A stretch of DNA of 64,000 nt. Origin: Candidatus Omnitrophota bacterium (GTDB lineage: Bacteria > Omnitrophota > Gorgyraeia > Gygaellales > Profunditerraquicolaceae). Below are positions 1-7,017 of the stretch, piece by piece. The stretch covers positions 20,788 to 84,787 of the forward strand of contig QZKA01000027.1 of assembly GCA_003598135.1 (NCBI GenBank), given 5' to 3'. Under the pieces are notes generated by a model that did not search any database, had not been told where the DNA came from, and saw only the letters and a program-made list of their open reading frames with translations. Position numbers and translations under genes: made by a program. The stretch's first letter is position 1, and every line of letters begins with the position of its first letter.

Positions 1-2
1 AT

Positions 3-1286
3 AGCCAGCTCACTTCCGAACTATATAAGATTACCGATTCCAAACGGGCGATCCTGGGAAGCGATCATAACTTCTTGAAAGATTATTTTTATCGTGAGTA
101 CGAAAAGGATGCACAGCCGTTATCCTATGCCCTTTATCACCGTTCATTCAATTACTCGAGCCTTGACGTCATGGTCCAGAAGCGCCTTAACCGCTGGTAT
201 TCGCAGCTTGAGAAGTTGCCGGAAGTAAAATATAGCCTGCCGAGCCTTCAGGTCGGTCAGACGCCTTTATATTTTGAAAATAATATGTCCGCAGCCAACT
301 TCAATTATAAATACGCCGTCCCTTCAGCATCGGCAAATGACGTGAGTGTCTTGAGGTTCGATACTACAAATAAAATCTTTCTCCCTTCCAGGATTGCATT
401 TATGCAGTTTACTCCTTACCTGGCCAGCCGCCAGACTTTTTATGATAGGGATATCAACGGTTCTTCTGTTGCTCCCAGGACTGTTTTCTATACGGGGGCA
501 GACATAAGTACCAAGTTTTACCGTATCTATAACGTCAACACCAATTTTCTTAAGCTTGACCTTAACGGCTTGAGGCATGTGATTACACCGACAATCGGAT
601 ATGCCTATACGCATAAACCGACGGTGAACAGTGTAAGGCTTAATCAGATTGACGCGGTTGATGCCATTGGCAAGAGCAATGCGGTTTCATTTCAACTTTC
701 GAATAAATTGCAGACAAAGCGAAAAGAGGTAAACGTTGATGTGGTTGATCTATTGGTAACTACCGATTATAAATTTTATGCAGTAGACCCAGCTTCCGGC
801 GATAAAAGCGGAGGGAGTTTTTCTGATTTCCTTATGAAGATGAAACTTTTGCCTTTTTCCTGGATGCGCATGGATGTGGATGCCACCTATAAGCCTCAAG
901 GGGATTATTTTTCCGAAGTTAACCCCAGCCTCTCCATGGAATTCGGCAAAGAGCGTTCGATTTCGTTCGGTCACCGGTATTTAAGGAAAGGCGGCAAAGA
1001 AATGACTTTTAGTAGTTCATGGCGCCTTAACCCTAAGTGGAAGCTCGGTATGTATGAACGGTATCAAATTGCCGATCTGCTTGGTAGTACGAAAGGCCTA
1101 GCAGAGCAGCAATATAGCGTTACCCGGGACTTGCATTGTTGGGAGATGGAAGTGAATCACACTACCAAGAAGAACGAAGGCAGCACTATCTGGTTAATTT
1201 TTAGGCTTAAGGCATTTCCGGAAATGGAATTTAACGTTAATCAATCGTATCACAGCCCGCAATCTGGCTCACAGTCTAATCCATAA
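3..1286 (+). CDS. lptD: LptD-like outer-membrane beta-barrel (LPS assembly protein), 5'-truncated by window
   Basis: Frame is open from position 3. Amphipathic beta-strands, LRHVITP..Y.Y and RDLHCWE motifs typical of the LptD C-terminal barrel. Confidence 0.75.
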   Translation, partial: SQLTSELYKITDSKRAILGSDHNFLKDYFYREYEKDAQPLSYALYHRSFNYSSLDVMVQKRLNRWYSQLEKLPEVKYSLPSLQVGQTPLYFENNMSAANFNYKYAVPSASANDVSVLRFDTTNKIFLPSRIAFMQFTPYLASRQTFYDRDINGSSVAPRTVFYTGADISTKFYRIYNVNTNFLKLDLNGLRHVITPTIGYAYTHKPTVNSVRLNQIDAVDAIGKSNAVSFQLSNKLQTKRKEVNVDVVDLLVTTDYKFYAVDPASGDKSGGSFSDFLMKMKLLPFSWMRMDVDATYKPQGDYFSEVNPSLSMEFGKERSISFGHRYLRKGGKEMTFSSSWRLNPKWKLGMYERYQIADLLGSTKGLAEQQYSVTRDLHCWEMEVNHTTKKNEGSTIWLIFRLKAFPEMEFNVNQSYHSPQSGSQSNP

Positions 1287-1299
1287 CACATTAGAGGCC

Positions 1300-2610
1300 A
1301 TGGAGAATTTTGTCAGACAGTTCAGGGACAAGGTTAAGAAGAAACAGCTTAAAATCGGGGTAGTGGGCTTAGGGTATGTGGGCCTACCATTGGCTATAGA
1401 GTTTGCAAAGAAGGGGTTTTCAGTAACCGGCATAGAAGTCGATACAGACAGGCTCTCTAGCCTTAAGAAAAAAATATCGTATATTACCGATGTCAGCACC
1501 GTCGAATTACGCTGTGTCGTTGACTCTGGCGCTTTAACCGCTACTTGTGATTTCGGTGTCCTCAAGAAGATAGACGTAGTAATTATTTGCGTGCCGACCC
1601 CTTTAAAGAAAAAATACCTTCCTGACATCTCCTATATCAAGACCGCAGTCAGGGCTATAGCCGGGCATTTAAAAAAGAAGGCCCTGGTTATTCTAGAGAG
1701 CACCACTTATCCAGGCACTACCGAAGAAGTGATACGCCCATTATTTGAGGCGCGGGATTTAAGGCACGGCAGGGATTTTTATCTCTGTTTTTCTCCTGAA
1801 AGAATAGACCCTGGCAATACGGTGTTTCCGGTGCATAAAATCACCAAGGTGGTAGGCGGCATAGATAAGACCGATGCGTACCTCGCAGGATTAGTGTACG
1901 GCACCATTATTGAAAAAGTCGAATTGGTTTCTTCGGTCAGGGTAGCTGAATTCGCCAAATTACTTGAGAATACCTTTCGGCTCGTCAATATAGGCCTTAT
2001 CGATGAGATAGCCATGATGTGCCATAAGATGGACGTTAAGGTCTGGGAAGTAATCAAGGCAGCCAAAACCAAGCCTTTTGGCTTTATGCCTTTTTATCCC
2101 GGGCCGGGTGTAGGCGGCCATTGTATTCCTAAGGACCCGCTGTACCTTTACTGGAAGGCAAAAAAATTCGGTTTCAGCTCGCGTTTCATAAGACTCGCTT
2201 CTGATATCATTTCCTATATGCCGGCATATGTTACCTCAAGAGTCGCAGACTTATTGCGCAAAAAAAACAAGTCTCTTCAGAAAGCAAAGATTTTGGTAGT
2301 TGGCGTGACATACAAGAAAGATATAAAGGACCTCAGGAAATCGCCCGCGCTTGATATAATCGGGATATTGCAGGAGAAGAGATGCGCAGTTTCGTATTAC
2401 GATCCGTTAATTCCCTATTTGAAATTTAACGATATCGACCTTATTTCAATTAAACTTACTCCTTCGGCCATTAAGCGTTTTGATTGCGTAATCATTGCGA
2501 CTGACCATTCCCGCCTAGATTATGCAATGATTGCAGGGAACGCAAAGCTTGTGTTTGATACCAGGAACGTGTACAACAACCTTAGCGCAAAGAATATTTT
2601 TTTGTTATAA
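1300..2610 (+). CDS. Nucleotide-sugar 6-dehydrogenase (WbpA/WecC-like UDP-GlcNAc dehydrogenase)
   Basis: GLGYVGLPLA, CVPTP, ESTTYPGTT, FSPERIDPG, KLLENTFR and catalytic GVGGHCIP motifs. Confidence 0.9.
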   Translation: MENFVRQFRDKVKKKQLKIGVVGLGYVGLPLAIEFAKKGFSVTGIEVDTDRLSSLKKKISYITDVSTVELRCVVDSGALTATCDFGVLKKIDVVIICVPTPLKKKYLPDISYIKTAVRAIAGHLKKKALVILESTTYPGTTEEVIRPLFEARDLRHGRDFYLCFSPERIDPGNTVFPVHKITKVVGGIDKTDAYLAGLVYGTIIEKVELVSSVRVAEFAKLLENTFRLVNIGLIDEIAMMCHKMDVKVWEVIKAAKTKPFGFMPFYPGPGVGGHCIPKDPLYLYWKAKKFGFSSRFIRLASDIISYMPAYVTSRVADLLRKKNKSLQKAKILVVGVTYKKDIKDLRKSPALDIIGILQEKRCAVSYYDPLIPYLKFNDIDLISIKLTPSAIKRFDCVIIATDHSRLDYAMIAGNAKLVFDTRNVYNNLSAKNIFLL

Positions 2611-2623
2611 TAAAGGCACGGAT

Positions 2624-3031
2624 ATGCAAAAGCGCTCATTTACGCTCGTTGAAGTAATGCTGGTAGTTACGATAATCGCCGCATTAGTTGCAATTGCCAT
2701 CCCGCAGCTTTTACGCATGCGCATAAACGCAAATGATGCAGCTGCGCAGACTACCCTCAGGACAATCGCAATTGCCTGCGAAGATTATGCCTCGGCAAAC
2801 CACGGTAACTATCCTTCTGAGTTCGGCGCCCTTCTTAATTCTACTCCTGCATACCTCAATGAAAACTACACCTCCCGAAGCAGGCAGGGTTATAATTTCA
2901 ATTGCAGTGCGCAGATGAACATGGTGGGATATAATTGTAGCGCAACGCCTGTTGCATGTAATATGACCGGTGCAAAAATTTTCACGATTACTACGGGAAG
3001 CGTATTGACCAATACCGATTGTGCGCCGTAG
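2624..3031 (+). CDS. Type IV pilin paralogue 1
   Basis: Start reassigned to ATG 2624 (MQKRS|FTLVE). Hydrophobic helix and C-terminal Cys residues; similar to the pilin at 3947. Confidence 0.88.
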   Translation: MQKRSFTLVEVMLVVTIIAALVAIAIPQLLRMRINANDAAAQTTLRTIAIACEDYASANHGNYPSEFGALLNSTPAYLNENYTSRSRQGYNFNCSAQMNMVGYNCSATPVACNMTGAKIFTITTGSVLTNTDCAP

Positions 3032-3049
3032 CTACTAAAGGAGTAAGGC

Positions 3050-3466
3050 ATGAAAAAAGGCCTAACACTGATAGAGGTATTTGTGACAACGGTTATTATT
3101 GTGATATTGTTTTCAATCGCAGTGCCCCGCCTGCAGCGCATGCGGATTAACAGTAACGAGGCTGCTGCCAGGGTTATTGTCCAGAAAATATCCGTTGCTG
3201 CTGAGACATACGCGTTTGCGCATAATGGAGTGTATGCGAGCAATATAATAAATCTCACTTCTTCTACTCCAAGATATCTTGAGGAAAATTATTCCGCCAA
3301 ACCCCAGCACGGTTACAATTTTGTTTACTCGTCACCAGATATTCAGGGTACGGGTTATTCGGCGACCGGTATCCCTGTATCCTGTAACAGAACCGGGACC
3401 AGGGTTTTTGTGGTTACTACGAATAATACGACGCGTGCAGCATTAAGTGTCTCAGGCTGCATTTGA
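3050..3466 (+). CDS. Type IV pilin paralogue 2
   Basis: MKKG|LTLIE prepilin motif, AAGGAG RBS, shared YL.ENY....QGYNF-like motif. Confidence 0.88.
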   Translation: MKKGLTLIEVFVTTVIIVILFSIAVPRLQRMRINSNEAAARVIVQKISVAAETYAFAHNGVYASNIINLTSSTPRYLEENYSAKPQHGYNFVYSSPDIQGTGYSATGIPVSCNRTGTRVFVVTTNNTTRAALSVSGCI

Positions 3467-3476
3467 CCCGCCTGTC

Positions 3477-3505
3477 TTGACAAACCCAGATATGCGTGGT
3501 ATACT
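3477..3505 (+). promoter_or_regulatory. sigma70-type promoter upstream of riboswitch
   Basis: TTGACA (3477-3482), 17 nt spacer, TATACT (3500-3505) with extended -10 TG. Confidence 0.8.
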
Positions 3506-3524
3506 TTTAATTGACAATTTGGTG

Positions 3525-3674
3525 TAACTGAAAAAGGCAAACCATTCGTAAGAATGGGACGGGTCTTTACCCGGCTTAGCGTATGTCTTTATCTATAAAG
3601 CGTAAGCCGCAAAACTAAAGGGCCCCTGAGCCGAAAATGAAGCAAGGCTCTTGAGGGTAGCCAGTTGCCAGTTA
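3525..3674 (+). ncRNA. c-di-GMP-I (GEMM) riboswitch aptamer with 48-nt insertion
   Basis: P1 TAACTG/CAGTTA; GGCAAA-CCATTC-GTAA-GAATGG-GAC ... GCAAAACTAAAGGG ... GGTAGCCAGTTGCC match the GEMM-I pattern. G at the G20-equivalent position points to c-di-GMP rather than cGAMP. Confidence 0.8.
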
Positions 3675-3684
3675 AAAGAACTCG

Positions 3685-3756
3685 AACCTATTCTTTCCCT
3701 TCTTAAAAGAAGGGGGGCAGTATTTTGCCTGAGTGGAGAATAGGTTTTTTATTTTT
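3685..3756 (+). terminator. Intrinsic terminator (riboswitch expression platform), branched stem
   Basis: AACCTATTCT (3685-3694) pairs with AGAATAGGTT (3737-3746), followed by TTTTATTTTT. Confidence 0.7.
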
Positions 3757-3769
3757 AGAGAAATTTTGC

Positions 3770-3798
3770 TTGACAAGAACGAAAGGAGGTGATATAAA
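3770..3798 (+). promoter_or_regulatory. Second sigma70-type promoter, downstream of the riboswitch terminator
   Basis: TTGACA (3770-3775), 17 nt spacer, TATAAA (3793-3798) with extended -10 TG. Confidence 0.6.
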
Positions 3799-3946
3799 GT
3801 TATAAATCAGGGGACTGGCAGGAAATCTTATTCTTTGGAACTCAATGAACAGCAATAAGTTATAATTTAGCTAGTATAAAACTAGTCATAAAGAATAAGA
3901 GAGTAATGCCCTAGTCAATCATACCTAGAAAGGGGGTATTGGAAAG

Positions 3947-4366
3947 ATGAAGAAAGGTTTTACGCTCGTAGAAATCATGATTGTTGTAGCCATTATCGCA
4001 TTGTTAGCAGCAATCGCCATACCTAACCTGTTGCGTGCAAGAGTAAATGCCAATGAATCCACCGCACAGGCTACGCTTAAGACGATTGCAACCGCAGCTG
4101 AATCTTTTGCTTCGGCGAACGCCGGCGCATACCCAAGCAACATGTCGGCTATGTTGACCGCTAATCCTGCGTATCTAAACGAAAACTATACCAATGGTAC
4201 GAGGCAGGGATATAATTTCACCTGTACCTTTACTGCAACTTCGTATGTATGCAACGCGACTCCTGCTACCATTAACCAGACAGGTACCAGGTCGTTCGCC
4301 ATTTGCACGGGTGCGGTTATGAATACGTCGGCAGTTGGTAGTGCTACAGCTCCTGCGTGTCCGTAG
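3947..4366 (+). CDS. pilA: Probable major type IV pilin
   Basis: Canonical MKKG|FTLVEIMIVVAIIALLAAIAIP. Has its own promoters, riboswitch and terminator, as expected for a highly expressed major pilin. Confidence 0.85.
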   Translation: MKKGFTLVEIMIVVAIIALLAAIAIPNLLRARVNANESTAQATLKTIATAAESFASANAGAYPSNMSAMLTANPAYLNENYTNGTRQGYNFTCTFTATSYVCNATPATINQTGTRSFAICTGAVMNTSAVGSATAPACP

Positions 4367-4393
4367 TTTTTTATACCACAGCCTGAGGATTTT

Positions 4394-4434
4394 CCCCGTA
4401 CCTACTTTTTAGTAGGTACGGGGCTTTAATTTTA
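4394..4434 (+). terminator. Intrinsic terminator after major pilin
   Basis: Perfect 13-bp stem CCCCGTACCTACT-TTTT-AGTAGGTACGGGG, then CTTTAATTTT. Confidence 0.85.
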
Positions 4435-4509
4435 TGCGGGCAGCTAAAAGTATACCCGTTCTTTTTAATATCTAAATTTTCCTTTAGCAATAAATAAAAT
4501 AGAATACTA

Positions 4510-4537
4510 TTGTATTCAGAAATATTTATGATAAAAT
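4510..4537 (+). promoter_or_regulatory. Putative promoter for minor pilin/pilMNOPQ operon
   Basis: TTGTAT, 16 nt spacer, TGaTAAAAT in an AT-rich intergenic region. Confidence 0.45.
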
Positions 4538-4562
4538 AGTTTTATTCTTAAGGAGTGCGTGT

Positions 4563-4982
4563 ATGTATCGTGACAACAAAGGATTAAGCCTTATCGCCGT
4601 AATGATCAGCATCGCGGCGGTATCCTTGCTTTTAAGAATCGCAATAGGCCAGATCATTAAGATTAATATTGCGCAGAATGAAGCTGATGCTTCTAATACT
4701 ATGAAACTGATTTCAGCTGCGCTTGAAAATTATGCCAAGAATTACAAGGATGCATACCCTTCGAACCTGTCCGTCCTTATTGAAACAACGCCGCCGTACC
4801 TTGAAAAAGATTTTACCAGTTTTGAATCGATAAAGGGATACGAATACAATTGTGACAGGCTTGATCCTTTGGGTTATAACTGTCTGGCATCTCCTGTGAA
4901 ATGCATGCTCAGCGGAGAAAAAAGCTTTACCATCATTACAGGAGGAATTATTTCTTCGGAAGATTGCCGCAGGAGAGAGTAA
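4563..4982 (+). CDS. Type IV pilin paralogue 4 (no Glu5)
   Basis: NKG|LSLIA. Globular domain aligns by eye with the other pilins (YPSNL, PYLE, GYEYNC, YNC.A.P, F.I.TGG). Confidence 0.8.
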   Translation: MYRDNKGLSLIAVMISIAAVSLLLRIAIGQIIKINIAQNEADASNTMKLISAALENYAKNYKDAYPSNLSVLIETTPPYLEKDFTSFESIKGYEYNCDRLDPLGYNCLASPVKCMLSGEKSFTIITGGIISSEDCRRRE

Positions 4983-4983
4983 G

Positions 4984-5379
4984 ATGAAGCCTAGGGGTTT
5001 TACTCTGGCAGAGCTTCTTCTGGCAGCTGCGATTTTGGCGTTTGCGTTGACTAGCTTGCTTGTTCTTTTTGTAAATTGCCTGTTTCTGAATGAAAATAAC
5101 CGTAACTCAAGTATTGCCGTTGGCCATGCACAGTATGTGCTTGAGGATATCAAGAATACAGCGTTTGAGTTGATGAGCTCAAGGATTCAGAACGGTACCT
5201 GGAGTTGGAGCAGTACGGTGATAGAGTCTCGGGGCCTTACGCCCTTGAGGAATGAACTTATCACTACTTCCTGTTCAGGAACAGACCCTTTGGACGTACG
5301 GGTGAGGGTGTTCTGGCAGAGCAAGGGCCAGACCGCAGGGACGAAAAACGTTACCGTAGAAACCTTATTTAGCAGATAA
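4984..5379 (+). CDS. Minor pilin, PilV-like
   Basis: RG|FTLAE prepilin motif; length and position before PilW/X-like genes. Confidence 0.75.
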   Translation: MKPRGFTLAELLLAAAILAFALTSLLVLFVNCLFLNENNRNSSIAVGHAQYVLEDIKNTAFELMSSRIQNGTWSWSSTVIESRGLTPLRNELITTSCSGTDPLDVRVRVFWQSKGQTAGTKNVTVETLFSR

Positions 5380-5383
5380 TGCC

Positions 5384-5923
5384 ATGAACGGTTTTACGCT
5401 GATTGAATTGCTCTTGGTGGCGGTGCTTTTTGTGTTTCTCATTAGCGGGATCTTTTTGGTGTTGGATGTAGGAGAGAAAACCTGGAATTATGATTTGGGA
5501 ATCCTGGATTTGCAGCAGTATGCCCGTAATGCGATGGACGGAATGGTGAGGGAGCTAAGACAGGCGCGCTCCAACAATATCACTATTACGAATATTACCT
5601 TAAATAGTACCAGAATCGATTTTAAAATGCCTTATAATGCCACCAATACCACGGTGAGTTATTTCTTAAACGGTACTCAGATTATAAGGGAGCAGCCAAC
5701 TGGATCGAATTGCGTCTCTGTGTGGGATGGGAACCGCTGCAGGATTCTCGCCCAGAACATTACGGTTCTTAATTTCGGACGTTCTGGCAATGTGGTGGAT
5801 GTACAATTGAGGGCGGAAAAGTCCGCAAGGGGAAGATGGCTGTATTACCCTTTAAAAAATAATCCTGCCAACGTAACCGAAGTGAGATTTTTGAAAGAAC
5901 GGGTAAGGTTAAGAAATGAATAA
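5384..5923 (+). CDS. Minor pilin, PilW-like
   Basis: G|FTLIE, AR.AMD.MVRELRQA helix and C-terminal V.LRN typical of PilW/GspJ-like proteins. Confidence 0.78.
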   Translation: MNGFTLIELLLVAVLFVFLISGIFLVLDVGEKTWNYDLGILDLQQYARNAMDGMVRELRQARSNNITITNITLNSTRIDFKMPYNATNTTVSYFLNGTQIIREQPTGSNCVSVWDGNRCRILAQNITVLNFGRSGNVVDVQLRAEKSARGRWLYYPLKNNPANVTEVRFLKERVRLRNE

Positions 5924-7007
5924 GAAGGGCATTGCCTTGATTCTCATTTTTTCCACGATCGTGGTATTGACTGCGATAGGCGCGGCAATAGTGTTGCGCA
6001 GTGTAGCAGAGCGTGCCTATGTGCAGCAATATATGGAGTCAACCCAGGCATTCTGGCTTGCTGAAGCAGGCATCAACAGGGCTAAAAAAGAATTACGCAG
6101 TACGTATAGCGCAACAGGAACCGATATCTGGCAGGGTAATTTAACTTCAGTGCCCGGCGGCTACAATGTAAGTGTAGCGGATGTCTCTATTGACGGAAAA
6201 CCATGCAAAAACGTTACTGCATACGGGTATGTCCCCACAACTGCTCCTTACAGGGCGCGACGCGCCATTCAGGTCATTATCAAGAAACAAATTCCTGGCG
6301 GGTTTTATGATAATGCCATCTATACTGCAGGAGATTTGGATATCAATGGCGATTCATATAGCGTGACAGGGAACATCCTTTATGCCGGAGATTATGAAGT
6401 TGAGCATGATAATATCAGCGGAACCGCAACTCAGGATACCAGCATCAGCCCTTTGGCTAGGTTCGATTTTACACAACTAAAAGTCTTGAGTGAGGCGCAA
6501 GGGAATTTTTATGATATCACCCGGATTACCCGCGTGGAACATAAACAGGAAACCTTTCCTTCAACCTTCTGGTACACGCGCGCAGACGATGGTGTTGACA
6601 ATGATGGCGATGGTACTATTGATGAGGTAGATGAGTGGGTGCCGAATATCCTGTATCTCGAAGGAGATTTGACGCTTAATGGTAACATCGGGACAATCGG
6701 TGGCTTTTTTGTGGTAGTCGGCGATGTGATTACTGATCCTGATGATACAGAGGATATGACCATTAACGGCAATGGTACGATAGACGGGGTGATTTATACA
6801 AGGGGCGAGTTCAGGATAAACGGCGGCGGCGGGAATCTAAACGTAAACGGCGGAATATGGTCCGGTATTGAGGCAAGGATTAATGGTAATGCCAATATTG
6901 CCTATAACCAGGCATACATGGATTCTATTGAAGGGCTCAATATTGAGCCCGATATCCAGATAACAAACTGGAAGGAAAGCATAAATCCTTATAAAATGTA
7001 TCTTTAA
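5916..7007 (+). CDS. Minor pilin, PilX-like with large C-terminal beta-rich domain
   Basis: KKG|IALIL without Glu5, QAFWLAEAGI PilX N-terminal motif, repeated I.GN/ING motifs. Confidence 0.8.
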   Translation: MNKKGIALILIFSTIVVLTAIGAAIVLRSVAERAYVQQYMESTQAFWLAEAGINRAKKELRSTYSATGTDIWQGNLTSVPGGYNVSVADVSIDGKPCKNVTAYGYVPTTAPYRARRAIQVIIKKQIPGGFYDNAIYTAGDLDINGDSYSVTGNILYAGDYEVEHDNISGTATQDTSISPLARFDFTQLKVLSEAQGNFYDITRITRVEHKQETFPSTFWYTRADDGVDNDGDGTIDEVDEWVPNILYLEGDLTLNGNIGTIGGFFVVVGDVITDPDDTEDMTINGNGTIDGVIYTRGEFRINGGGGNLNVNGGIWSGIEARINGNANIAYNQAYMDSIEGLNIEPDIQITNWKESINPYKMYL

Positions 7008-7017
7008 AGGCAATCCG

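Noticed and set aside
2531-2623. N-terminal extensions given by the ORF track (also at 17241, 29870, 35621, 36835, 50017, 54351, 63178)
   Set aside because: They overlap upstream genes. Downstream starts fit the RBS and family N-termini (e.g. AsnB needs Cys at position 2; prepilin leaders are short).
3525-3674. Possible cGAMP (GEMM-Ib) specificity of the riboswitch
   Set aside because: The discriminating position reads GGCAAAC (G20), not AGCAAAC, so c-di-GMP is the default call.
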